Shown here: piece by piece, positions 23,733-35,562 of the stretch | Layout of the letters: each line of letters begins with the position of its first letter | Numbering within the stretch: position 1 is the first letter of the stretch | From: Macrostomum lignano | Lineage: Eukaryota | NCBI GenBank assembly: GCA_002269645.1 | Contig: NIVC01000119.1 | Coordinates: 353,585-417,584, forward strand | DNA length: 64,000 nucleotides | Reading direction: 5' to 3' | Position numbers and translations under genes: made by a program | Notes under the pieces: model-generated | The model's database searches: none | Seen by the model: the letters and a program-made list of their open reading frames with translations, nothing else | Told to the model about the DNA's origin: nothing

Positions 23733-25802
23733 CCAGGTGTTGCAAAAGTCTTTTCAGTAAAATATAATGCATATAAATAGAAAACAATATATGTTACTAG
23801 CTAGCCCATTTAGCCAGCTATAGAGCAATATAATCTAAGGTTTCAGCTTGCATTTCAGATCAATTTGACCACTTTGTTATAAGACAGAGGTGAAAAGGCA
23901 CCAGATTGCCACCTTGCTACATGCGGGTATCAAACCTAAGGATATCACTATTAATGATAAACTGCATTGAAAGAATATTATACAATATCAAGAAGCAAAT
24001 GGCCAATGAAAAAGTTGAAGATGCTTTAAAAGACAAGTCCCAGAGTGGCCAGCTAGTGGCAATGAGCAATTCTGAGCTTCAAGATACCATTTTTGAGAAT
24101 CTGAGGCATTCAATGGCAAGCCTAGGACAAGAATTCAATGTCCACAAGTCAACCATCTTGAGAACCATGAAAAAGCTTGGTGGCAAGTCCCTCGCAGTGC
24201 AGGAGAGGCCTCTGCTAAGTGACGCAATGTGGCAGAACTATTTGAAGAGAGCAAGCCTACTCTTGAAAAATTTGAAGTCAGCCCCTGCTAGATGCATCAT
24301 CATCCAGTGACAAGAAGAACTTTGACATGGATCCTGCTTAAAACTGTTGCAATGACAGATTCATCAAGCTTGAGGAAGATGTTCCAGAGACAGTTAGGTT
24401 TGTCTCAACAACCAAGTACCCCTCAAGCGTGATGATGCTTGGTGTCATTGCATCAAATGGCTGTGTCTACAGATTGGTATGGTTTCCTATTGGAAACCGA
24501 CTGACTAGAGCAGAGTACGTAAATGTTCTTGCCAGCAAAATCAAGCTATGGATTGATACCAACTTCCCTAATAGAAATTGTTTCAATAGGATGGAGCACC
24601 TATACACATGTCAAGGGTTGCAAAGGAGTGGCTAGAGGCTCATTCCATATAAGCATGGTCGTAACATGACAGGCTATTTTTACTTATAAAATGAAATATA
24701 ATAATAGAATATACTAAACCAATATTTTAAATGAAAGATAATTTTGTCAAAAATATTTTTATAGAGTTTCATGTAGATATCATCATTAGTATAGATGCTA
24801 TTAAACCTTGAATGGCACTTATGGTCGTAACAACAGGATTTTTGACATATAGAAACTAAAAGGTAAAAGTCTTATAACATTTTTATTTTTGATATTTTGC
24901 AATACATTTTTTAAAATTTGACTAAGAACATCTTTAGTAATCATACTCTTTTTGTAGAATATATAAACTCAAAAAGGCAACAAAGATACAAAAGAAAAGG
25001 CAGCCTTATGGTCGTAACATTATGGTCGTAACATATTTTTTTCTGTCAATTCAGTAACTTTGAGGTACCAATATATTAAAAATATAATAGATTATTTGGT
25101 CACCAATACTTTTATCTGATGATGCAAGTACTATACTTTTATCTATAGTTTGTTTCAACCTTCCAAAGCTTTCTATTTGTTTTTAAAAGGTACACAAACT
25201 TAATGATGTCTTTTGCTTAGAAAAATGTCTAAATTTTTACAAAAATGACTTTTTGCCACTTGATAGCATACTAATCTAACATTTTATCATTCATTTATTC
25301 TTAGATTGTAGATATTACACATAAAAAACATTTGGTAAAAAAAATAGCTGATAAGGCAATGGCAAGCAAAAATATTGACTTTTTTCTATTTTCCAAAAAT
25401 GTCCATCTTATATGGAATGAGCCTAGAGCAGAACATGAACTTCTAGCCAAAGTTGTACTGGCCACCATCATTGCCAGATCTATCGCTGCTTGACTACAAT
25501 GTGTGGGCACATATTGAAGGCAAGGCCTACACTGTCTGCCACAGCAACATTGAATCACTAAAGGCTGCTATAATGGAAGAGTAGAATGCTGTCACCAGCC
25601 TATATCTGTGACACTTGCAGGGCTTTCTAAGGACGCCTTCAGAGAGTCATTGAAGTTAAAAGCAGCTACTTTGAATAATATTAACTACAACAAGGCATGA
25701 ATATGTGCAAAAAGTTTTAGCAGCCAAAATTATATAGAATTTGAGTAATAATACTTTTTATGTTTGCTTTTAATTTACTGAAAAGACTTTTGCAACACCT
25801 AG
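23733..25802 (+). mobile_element. Degenerate maT-like (DD36/37D) Tc1/mariner transposon interrupted by a nested element
   Basis: 27-bp TIR aggtgttgcaaaagtcttttcagtaaa at 23735-23761 and inverted at 25774-25800, with TA on the right flank. Transposase remnants: SD-KNF, KYPSSVMMLGVIASNG, (Q)DGAP and WPPSLPDLSLLDY. Confidence 0.9.
24637..25423. mobile_element. Non-autonomous TIR element (about 787 bp) nested in the maT-like transposase; superfamily unassigned
   Basis: 17-bp TIR ggctcattccatataag / cttatatggaatgagcc; TSD taga (2-6 bp depending on where the ends are placed). Internal repeated motif tatggtcgtaaca. Removing it restores the frame EWLE|QNMNF. Confidence 0.85.
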
Positions 25803-26792
25803 TAGTAGGCCTATATAGGTTTAGCTTTTAGATGTGATTATCATAATTAAAATCAAATTTCAAAAATATTATTGTTTATAATTATATTTTATATTTTTAT
25901 TAATACTAATAGACATATTTTGATATAATATTTTTAGTTAGATATGTTTAACTATTTCTTATATTATATGATTCTTATATGATTCTATGTGTATAAGATA
26001 AACATATTTGTAATATATAAATATTATAATTTTTTCTTTATAAATATATTGTTATTTTGCTTACCTTAGTGTAGGTCTAATGCTTTGTACTAAGTTAATA
26101 AGCCTATTATAATTAAGCTAGGTTTACCATGCAAATAAACAGAGCATTATTTATGCCTAGTAATAGCTAATAGCATAATTTCACTATTTCAAGACTTTCT
26201 TGAACATGACTAGGGCCTATATAATATATATTAGACCTTACCTTATATAATAATAGGGGCCTATTCTTTGTATAGGGGGTAGAACTGATTTAGTTGCTAT
26301 GCATTATTCCATAGCATGGTGCCATATGGTCATGTAGATAGTAGGCCCTATTGCTGTTATTGATTGATTGGCATGGGACCATGAGAATAATCATTGTCTT
26401 TCTAAAATCTCTATAAAATATAGATTAAAGCCTTAAGATATTCTTTTTTATTTACAGTTTTTTGACTTATGACACATTTACTATTTAGTATTTATATGAC
26501 TTCACTTTAGAGTTAATGTCTAGGTATAATGATAATGTTTTTCTAGGACTAGGACCTAGGCTAGCCTATTCGTATGCAGTATTTACTACTATTTAGTCTT
26601 CCATTATATGGGGGGGGGCGGGGGGCCTATAAGTCTATAGTCAGTCTTCCTTATATCATTCACGACATTCAGTCTAGGGCTTAGGGCCTACATCTAATAT
26701 AAATTTATCTCTATGTATGAGGCCTAGTCCTACACCTTAAATTAATACATAGTATGATAAGACATACGCGCTTAGGCCTAAGAAAAACCTAC

Positions 26793-26866
26793 CTTAGAAT
26801 AGGAATTGGAGTCCAAACAATACAATATGGATAGCGATGTCTTGAGGGTTGTATCTTTAAGTCCAT
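26793..26866 (-). CDS. TMEM222: TMEM222 exon 1
   Basis: Encodes MDLKIQPSRHRYPYCIVWTPIPIL(S) (family motif RYPxCIVWTPIP); donor AG|GTAGGT; in-frame stop upstream of the ATG. Full protein is 170 aa. Confidence 0.93.
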
Positions 26867-27840
26867 TACTTGCTACTGACCGATACTGATTTTAAACCGT
26901 GTTCTAGGTCCCACTAGGTCACGTAGCTATTAGCCAACTTTCAACTTCTTCTAATTAAGGAACAAACTTTATACTGTCGTATTAGGACCTAGTAGTAGTA
27001 GTAGTAAGAATTTGGCTCAGGCAATTAGCCTGTTTGGCCAATATAGTATAGAGCTATGTATTTGGAAGGATTTTCGAAATAGAAGTTTATAAAGACGACT
27101 TGACGAGTTAATTGTAAAGGATGAAGTATTTGAAAGCGCGCCAGAATATTTTTACGGTATTTTTGTACGAAAAGTGACGACTAACAACTAACAACGAGTA
27201 TAAATATTAATACAGAAATGAGTACGAATTACGAGGTATAGCTTTGATTGCAAGATTACGATATTTGTAAAAGTAAGGTATTTGAAAGAGCGTCTAGAAT
27301 TTTTTTTTTAAAACGGTTTTCCGGCTGGTTCTGCATGCATTGGCTGCATAGCCAGCATGCAGAAACATAGCAAAATGCTACCGTAATTTGTGCTGAAGCG
27401 TAGAACAAAAATGTGACACGAGTGGTTTTCCAGCCCATTAACGAGTCACGACTAACGACAGAATAACAAGATTCAAAGCAGGGAAAAATAAAAAATCAAT
27501 GTCTTACATGTATATATATGACCTTAAAGCAAAACGATTCTTCTAGAATGCGATTCAGGAAAGGTAGTTAGATCTTAACAAATATAACAAATAATCATAG
27601 TATAATTAAGGATTGCTCTCAATACTATGCGATTTTTGTAAAAGGACATGTAGTATTTTTGAAAGCGCGTAATATATCAAAGCGTGAAAAACGAACATAA
27701 ACATACTTCGAACGAACTTAACGTCTAACGATTAACGACGATTTAAATAGGAAATTAAAAAAGACAGTAAATGAATAAATGACTGAAAAGCGGGTTTGTT
27801 ACACACTGCTGATGTATCTGAGTCAGTTTGTTTAACTGTT

Positions 27841-28615
27841 TTAGCTATTCATGACTTCAAATATTTTAGCTACACCAGTCAGTTCTTTTCTGACTCTTTT
27901 TTCATTTGTAGCATATCCTATCTTGTGTATTTGATTGCCATTTAAGAGGTATTGGCAGAAGTATTTTTTCCTGATCTCTTCAGTTTGTGGACATTCGGTC
28001 AAGTAGTGCAGGATGTCAGAACCATTTTGCGCTCCACACATTTTACATGGTTCTTGAGAAAAAAAGTTGGGTGTAATCTCTTAGGAGATTAACAACCCTT
28101 TAGGAGGGTTGTTAAGAATTTTTTGTTTCTAAATGTGCATGGAAAGTAATCTGAAAGGTCGGGCCTGCAGATTTTTTTGTAGAGATAGGCGTTTTTGTAG
28201 AGTTTAATATGTTGCTGATTCTCTAGCTTTTGGCTAAGTTCTCTTTCTCTGTGTATCTTGAGGTGCTTTTTCACTAGGTATTTCTCGTTACTAAAGCTTT
28301 GGGAAAGTTTATCTTCAGTTAGTGCTTTTAGGTCTATACTTTCCAGTTTCTTTAGTACATTCATTTTCCATGGATTTTTCTGGCCGGTGTTGAGTAGAAA
28401 ATTTCTAGAGTCGTTTGGCAGAGTTTTTTGTGTCTAATCTTCAGCCAATAGATGAGGTAGGTTTTAGCGATTCGTTGAGAGATTGGAGTAAGCTCAAGTT
28501 CTGATGATATCACACTGTTGCTAGCAAATTTTGGTAGCTTCAGGAGATATTTGTAGAATTTCAGCTGGATGTTATCAATAGCTTTAAGAAAGAACCTAAA
28601 GAACCGTGGGGTCAA
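27841..28615 (-). mobile_element. Degenerate 3' fragment of a non-LTR retrotransposon (CR1/L2-like C-terminal region)
   Basis: Broken ORFs: IDNIQLKFYKYLLKLPKFASNSVISSELELTPI...YWLKI and HYLTECPQTEEIRKKY, typical LINE ORF2 post-RT and CCHC remnants. Confidence 0.65.
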
Positions 28616-29339
28616 GTTTAAAAATATCAGAAAAAATGAAGCATTTGGTGATCTGTTTGCTTGACTACTGGGGAATTGTAAATATCATATACATGTATCA
28701 CTTCGAGCTGTACTATTCAGTACACCTTTGTTTTTATTAAAGAAGTCTAAAAACAACCCAAATTTGTTTTACCGAGTACACTATTAATTACATTTAACTG
28801 TTAAGTCGAATCAATACAATCTGGCATTGATCTCAGTCTCAGACTCTCAGAGCACAACCGGCGCGGATATCGTACGATACATACATAGATAAAACATTTT
28901 TATCCGCTTATCATCAGTTTCATATTTCAACAAAACTTTTCCGCCCTAATAATCTACAACAAGCCGGTTCAAAAAAGCTACATGTATACAAATCAACGTT
29001 GCAGACTTCCATATATCGGTTGGCCTCACTCGGTACGGTGCATGCACATGTCATGTAAGCTTTTCGCTTACATGTTGTACACAGTGTTTTGTACTGCGTA
29101 TATCATCACTAATGAAAAAAGCTCCAAACAGTTTTACATGCATTCAGCTTTTCGATCGACGCGACCTTCGATCTAGGATCTACTCTAAAGTACCATGTAC
29201 GAGCAATAGAAGGAGAAACTACGTTTCGTAAAAAATTATGGAGGCAGGTTTTACCGAAAAAATACGCTTAGAAGATAGAACTAGGTATAGAACATTACCT
29301 AGTCGATAGAACATTTCAGCGGATCCAGCAGATACGACC

Positions 29340-30610
29340 GCGCGGCGCCCTCCGACCAGGTGGGTGTCGCCGCGCCAGCCTTTGCGTTGGAGCTGAAGTC
29401 GCGCAGTAGAACTCGGTCGCCGACTTGAAATTCGCGCGCAAGCGGCTGCTGCTCCGTCTGCCGCTCTTGGCGCTGCTACATGCTGCTCGTCAGCGATGGC
29501 ATCAGCAGGTCCAGCCGACTGCGCAGTCTGCGGCCGATGAGAGCGCAGCTAGCTGGGAGCCTCGTGCCGGTGATCAAGTGCGGCGTGCTGCGGTAGGACA
29601 GCAGCACTGCTGCAAGTGCCGCCATTGAGCACCCGCTCTTGAGGAGATGTCGCTTGAGAACCTGGACAAACCTTCTCCGCCTGGCCGTTCGTTGCCGCAT
29701 GGAACGGCGCCGAGAAAATGTGCCGGATGCCGTTGCGCCTTGTGAACTCGCTGCGCTGAACTCCGGGGAGGTAAACTGTGGGCCGCTGTCGGAGACCAAC
29801 ACCCGGGGATCATGCCCAGTCTGGCGAAGACCTTGCGAATTCGCTCGATAGTGGCAGCTGATGTTACGCTGTGCACCGGCTGATCAGTTGTTCATGAACC
29901 TCCGGCCACTTACTGAACGCGTCCGCGATGACCAGGTACATGCGAACGTTAGCGCGGAGCCGGCGAAGTCCAGGTGCAGCCTCGCCCAAAGTTCAGCAGG
30001 AAACGGCCATGGTTGCACCGGATCGCTTTGGCCGCGGGTCGGCCTGGTTCAGCGTACAGGTCCGGCACGACTTGACGGTCATCGCTAGCTGCTCGTCCAG
30101 GATGCGGGCCGCAGACATAGCTGCGGGTCAGTGCTTGCATGCGGTTGATTCCGGGGTGCGCCTGGTGCAGCTGGTCCAGCACGCCTTGTCGCAGAACTTC
30201 GCCTCGCGAAGTTGATCAGGTCAGCGACAGCCATTGGCGCGCCGGTCTGGTGGACCCAGTCTCCTCATCCAGCAGCAGGGCTTTGACGGCTGGCTCCTCT
30301 TCGACCTGCCTCGGCAGTGGTAACCGGGACAGTGAGTCGCAGTTGGCGTGCTTGTTGGTGGGCCGGAACTCTAGGGAGTAGTCGTAACCGCGTTCAAGCG
30401 GATCGCCCAGCGCTGCATGCGAGCAGCCGCGTGCTCCGCGGAATCGCCTTGTTTTCGCCGAGTTGATCAAGATGACGAACTTTGTGGCCTTGGAGAAACT
30501 GGTTGAAGCGCTGGAGGCCGAACATGATCGCTAGCGCCATGCACCTTGTCCAACTGCGAGTGGCCCTTCTGAGCCGTCGTCAGACTGCGGTTTGGGTCCT
30601 GGCCGTCAAC
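29340..30610 (-). mobile_element. Ty3/Gypsy LTR-retrotransposon pol fragment (RNase H end + integrase), heavily frameshifted
   Basis: Motifs AQKGHSQLDK, YDYSLEFRPTNKHANCDSLSRLP, LHQAHPGINRMQALTRSYV, LVSDSGPQFTSPEF, and LLSYRSTPH...LIGRRLRSRLDLL. Confidence 0.9.
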
Positions 30611-30752
30611 TCAGTGCGTCAGCACCACGCCGAGACCACGCCGTGCCGATTGGCTGAGCCCTTTCGTCTCGTCAACTCTGCCTCCATATCTTTGTTATTC
30701 TCTCTAGCCCACGCTTAGCTTCAACCCGGCATTCTCTTGTTCGCTGTTGCAG

Positions 30753-31017
30753 TGTTATCCCCCCTTTTAATAGTTGCTTGAGGAATTGAGGAGGGCAGGG
30801 CCTCGCCCGCTCGTCCTTTCACCCGACACCGCCGCCGTCCCCTACGAGAGTAACGTCCCCTGCTACGGCCCCAGCACTCATAAAAGCCTATACGGTATCG
30901 ATGTGCGCTGCACGGTCTATTGTGTACTTGTTGTCTACTTAGATCTTCAAATAAAATCCAAATCTCCGATCCGCGGTAATCCGGCTCGGTCTAAGCCGCT
31001 CGTCGTACCCTGACCTC
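30753..31017 (+). mobile_element. LTR-like segment (TG...CA) followed by a possible PBS
   Basis: Starts tgttat and ends cctgacctca; contains ataaaag and aataaa; followed by aaacTGGtaagccttcg. No second copy in the window. Confidence 0.5.
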
Positions 31018-31289
31018 AAAACTGGTAAGCCTTCGATTTTGCGTTTGTCCTTTGTTTGTCCTAGCCCTATAGGCACCCTCTAGAGGCGGTTGAAGCGTCG
31101 TATACGCCAATAACCACCTCCACCAGTGTGCGTAGTACGCTTGCTGGGGGCCGTCGTGCGTCGTACGCTCGATCCGCCTAGTCCCTACCGACTCAGCGTC
31201 GTACGCAGTTCGTTGGAATCGACCGTAGCCAGAGTCAGTAAGCGAACCGGGATCTCTGTGGGGCACCCTTGGTTCCGAGCCTTCGAGCC

Positions 31290-31365
31290 TCATCACCGGG
31301 GACTCAAGCAAAAGACGCTTGAACTTCTCAAATGCTTTCTGCTGAGGCTCCCCCGTGTCCCGTTC
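31290..31365 (-). mobile_element. Short Gypsy RT-RNase H connection fragment
   Basis: EPQQKAFEKFKRLLLESPVM resembles the conserved QQKAFExLKxxLxxxPVL linker. Confidence 0.55.
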
Positions 31366-31457
31366 TTTGTTCTTCCGTTTTTCCAGTCGAAATTCCGAAT
31401 GAAAACCCCCGTGGAAAAACTTGCTGCGGGAAATTCCCATGCTCCCGCGTTGACTCT

Positions 31458-31828
31458 GTTATAATATACTATAATAATAATAATTATAATAATAGTAATA
31501 ATAATAATAATAATAATATTAGTAGTAGTAGTAGATTAAGCCTCCCCCTAATTGGGAAGATGTGCAACCGACAGCTCAGCCGCAGCTATTGCGCGGCGCA
31601 TCGGAAGGCTGCGTACGGCTGTTTAGTCCAAGGACTGGGGGTTGTCACACACAGCCTCAATTACCCCAGCTAATGCTGGCACCCATTTTACATGATGGGG
31701 TGAACTGAAGCAATGCAGAGTTAATTGTCTTGCTCAAGGACACAAATTATTTCGAGTGGGATCGGGAATCGAAACCCCGACCTTCAAGTTCTGAGTCCGA
31801 CGCTCTATCCACTGGATTACAAGCCCCA
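31458..31828 (-). mobile_element. tRNA-derived CORE-type SINE, copy 1
   Basis: tRNA-like head with A/B boxes (GTAATCCAGTGG...GGTTTCGATTCCC), core GTGTCCTTGAGCAAGAC...TGTAAAATGGG and a (TAT/ACT)n tail; homologous to 36678-36940. Confidence 0.85.
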
Positions 31829-32791
31829 TAGTAGTATCTAAAAAATATTGAAAAATAAGTGTAGAAATCTGAAGAAAAATGTAAAACAAAACGTGTCACG
31901 AATTTTTATTCGAAACCATCTGCAGTATTTAATTCAATGAAATTTATTGCTGTTAAAATATGAATACAGCTATATCAAAATTAAGACGATTATATTGCAT
32001 ACTTCTTGACTTGGATACTATAGATAATTTTCACACATGACATTTAATTAACAAAGTATATATATGCAAAATTGTAGTTTCATTTTAATTGATATCGGCA
32101 TGTAGATAGATCTGGAGTCATTTATTACAATTGATACAAAAGTGCGAATACATAACATTGCGTAACAGTAGAAGAAATAGTTGCGAATATAGGTACATGT
32201 ACATTCGCTCCTACAAATATGGAAGCCGTTTATTCATGCAGTTTTTTTAAAAGGCCACAATTTATTTCACGCATCTCGTAGTAAAAGTTAGATAGCGGTT
32301 ATCTGTACAGTAGCCAAGAAGCCGGATAATTTAGATAAGTAATTTAGATTTTTTTAGTCATTTTAGCAAAAGATAGAGATTTCCGACGTTTAAAAAAACT
32401 CACATAAACAAACAGGCTACGTCGAGGATTTAAATTTAAATTAATTTTTGTTTTACCGAAAGCTAAATTAATAAAATAATAAAAGTAATAAAAATAATAA
32501 AATTAATAAAATAATAAATTAAATCTAAATTAATAAAAGCAAGGAGAGGGACTACCTTGCGAATAGCCTCTATGAGTAACTATTTGTAAGGAATTTTCGT
32601 AATCAAATTCAGTCTTCCTAACTTTATACACAGTTAAATTCACACTGCAGTTTTTATCCATGGATTTTCCAAGGAAATTCCACGGAAACGTTTGCAGAAC
32701 ATGCCATATGATGCTACATGTTTAATTATCAAAAACTAAATTTTATATATGCATTCGCTAAAAACAGGTAACTTTTACGCCAGCTCTACTA

Positions 32792-33242
32792 CTACGCTAT
32801 CGAAGCCTGGTTGTTAATATAGCCAAGTGTTTCAGCGACGCTGCTACACTGGAGTTGATGCAGTTCGACCGCGGTTGAACCCGGATGTGGTTGAAATTGT
32901 TGTTGGAACTGCATTGTCGCAGCCTCGTCGTACCAGAACTGTTGGTCGTGTTGATGGTAGTTGAACTCCGGCGGATGCTGCTGCTGCTGCTGCTGTGGGT
33001 ACTGAAGCTGGTGCTGGTACAGAGTACATGTAGTTTGTGAGTACGCCATTGGCGGCTCCTGAGCCTGATGGTGATAGTGAGAGTCCGAGTACCAATGAAA
33101 TGACGTATCGTGGTACAGATGCTGATAGGCTTTGCAGTCAGACACTAAGCTACTTCTGCTAATGCAATCTGAGCCTGAATGTAGTTGAGCCTGGTCCAGT
33201 TGTAGTTGCTGCTCACATTCCTGCGCAGCACCTGCAGAGCAC
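32792..33242 (-). CDS. CREBL2-like bZIP protein, exon 3 (Gln/His/Tyr-rich tail)
   Basis: Acceptor ccgctttacAG|G (phase 2, matching donor GGA AG|GTATGA); 451 nt open to the stop at 32792. Confidence 0.65.
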
Positions 33243-33501
33243 CTGTAAAGCGGTATTTTTGTAGCGAAATGCAGCGGTTATAATTTACCTGATTGGAGGA
33301 AAACAATGGAAATAGAAGTATGCAATAATAAAATCAGTGCATCTGATTTCTCGGCGACATATCGTCCGACAACCAGAGCTGACGGCCTATACTTTACTCA
33401 AGCACACACTCATACACACGCTCACACATGAGTGTACAGCAGCCCTGACTTTCTAATCGTCAGGCATGTACACTCTCTGTGAATTACGAGTACTCTCATA
33501 C

Positions 33502-33878
33502 CTTCCAGTGGGGATCAGCTGATCTGTTGCATGGTACATCTGTTCCGCAGTTGCATCCGCCAAGATCACTGGCTGCTGAAAGCCGGCAAATGCCCCATCA
33601 TCAGCAGTAGAAGATGTACAATCAACACCCGACTGATGACCTTCAACTGGCGCATCCTGACGGATTGGCGCGTTCGGATATCGGCGGCGTTTCGATGCCG
33701 GCCGACACTGCCTCGGTGGCGCTTGCGGTTTCTTCGACGGCTGCGCCGCCTCCGAATCCAACGGCGCCACAAATGATTTGGCGCCTGGCGGGGCCTTTCT
33801 GCGCAGGTGCGTCACTCGGAGATGGGCTTCGGCCAGTGTGACTTCGCCGCGATCCAGCTGCTCGAATAGCAACTTCAT
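33502..33878 (-). CDS. CREBL2-like bZIP protein, exon 2
   Basis: Acceptor ccctacaccAG|ATG. MKLLFEQLDRGEV aligns with CREBL2 YKQWCMAMDQGKI. Donor AG|GTATGA. Confidence 0.75.
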
Positions 33879-33971
33879 CTGGTGTAGGGTGGGGGGGGGA
33901 GTTAATGTGTGCTTAGTGGCATTTATGCCTGTTTTTTGCCCAGCAACTCAGTGCATTGGCGCCCCTAGTGG

Positions 33972-34352
33972 CTAAAGCCCCTGGTTCTAGAGTCCCTGGT
34001 GCTAAAGTCCCTGGTGCTAAAGCCCCTGGTGCTAAAGTCCCTGGTGCTAAATCCCCTGGTGCTAAATCCCCTGATGCTAAATCCCCTGGTGCTAAAGCCC
34101 CTGGTGCTAAATCCCCTGATGCTAAATCCCCTGGTGCTAAAGCCCCTGGTGCTAAAGTCCCTGGTGCTAAAGCCCCTGGTGCTAAAGTCCCTGGTGCTTA
34201 AGCCCCTGGTGCTAAAGTCACTGGTGCTAAATCCCCTGGTGCTAAATCCCCTGGTGCTAAATCCCCTGGTGCTAAATCCTCTGGTGCTAAATCCCCTGGT
34301 GCTAAATCCCCTGGTGCTAAAGCCCCTGGTGCTAAATCCCCTGGTGCTAAAG
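33972..34352. repeat. 15-bp intronic minisatellite (ccctggtgctaaagc)
   Basis: Head-to-tail units; source of the PGAKA pseudo-ORF. Confidence 0.95.
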
Positions 34353-34523
34353 CCAGTTTATCGAGTTTAATAATGAAAATTTGCGACAGGAAAAAGTTTA
34401 ATGCAAAGCGACATTGATTTTCCAATGTTTTTTCAATGCATTTTTGTGTGAAGGGTTTTATTCTCGTCTGTTTTTACTACTGGAAGTAAAAAAGAGAGAT
34501 TTTCCTTCAGTAGAATTCCTCAC

Positions 34524-34661
34524 CTGCTCCAGTTCCTGATAGAGCACGGCTATGGCCGCCTCCTCTCGTTGAGCGATTGCTTCGAGAGTCTGGTATCTCA
34601 GCTTCTTCCTCTTGCGGCACTCTTTGGCTGACTGCTTGCTTTTGCTGTCTGAATCTTCCAT
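34524..34661 (-). CDS. CREBL2: CREBL2/REPTOR-BP-like bZIP protein, exon 1 (basic region + zipper start)
   Basis: SKQSAKECRKRKKLRYQTLEAIAQREEAAIAVLYQELEQ matches CREBL2 [39 protein letters not shown]. Donor CAG|GTGAGG at the equivalent position. Start codon uncertain. Confidence 0.82.
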
Positions 34662-34917
34662 AGTTTGAAAAAAGTAAAGCGATTTCTTAGAAACTCTCAA
34701 CGGAAAACGAAGTCGATATTTTCTGGATCACTCAATGCTTTGGCATTTCGAAGTCTTTCTAACCCGACCGCATCGTCTTCACTGGGATCTGAGATGTTGG
34801 CCTTGACTGTCTGAAAATTGAAAGACAGTTATAATTTGTTAAATTATGTATTTTATCCTTTTGGCTTGTATTGTGAGAACTTTTATGGCTTTTTTGTGTG
34901 AGATAATGTGTCAGCCA

Positions 34918-35562
34918 TTTCATTCGCTTTCCGCCCTGTCTTCTTTCATTCCGCCCCTGTCTTCTTTCATTCTGCCTCTGTCTTCTTTCATTCCGCCCCT
35001 GTCTTCTTTCATTCCGCCCCTGTCTTCTTTCATTCCGCCCCTGTCTTCTTTCATTCCGCCTCTGTCTTCTTTCATTCCGCCCCTGTCTTCTTTCATTCCG
35101 CCCCTATCCTACTTCATTCCGCCCCTGTCCTACTTCATTCCGTCCCTGTCCTACTTCATTCCGTCCCGGTCTTCTTTCATTCCGCCCCTATCTTCTTTCA
35201 TTCCGCCCCTATCCTACTTCATTCCACCCTGTCCTCTTTCATTCCGCCCCTATCCTACTTCATTCCGCCCCTGTCATCTTTCATTCCGCCCCTATCCTAC
35301 TTCATTCCGCCCCTATCCTACTTCATTCCGCCCCTTTCATCTTTCATTCCGCCCCTATCCTACTTCATTCCGTCCCTGTCCTACTTCATTCCGTCCCTGT
35401 CTTCTTTCATTCCACCCTGTCCTCTTTCATTCCGCCCCTATCCTACTTCATTCCGTCCCTGTCTTCTCTCATTCCGCCCCATCCTACTTCATTCCGCCGC
35501 TGTCATCTTTCATTCCGCCCCTATCCTCCTTCATTCCGCCCCTATCCTTCATTCCGCCCAGT
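34918..35562. repeat. 21-bp minisatellite (ttcattccgcccctgtcttct)
   Basis: Head-to-tail units. Confidence 0.95.

Noticed and set aside
31740-31828. tRNA gene (also 36678-36725)
   Set aside because: The tRNA-like heads run into a SINE core and lack a complete cloverleaf.
33956-34370. PGAKA pentapeptide ORF (elastin/antifreeze-like)
   Set aside because: Antisense to, and inside, the CREBL2-like intron; 15-bp repeat artefact.
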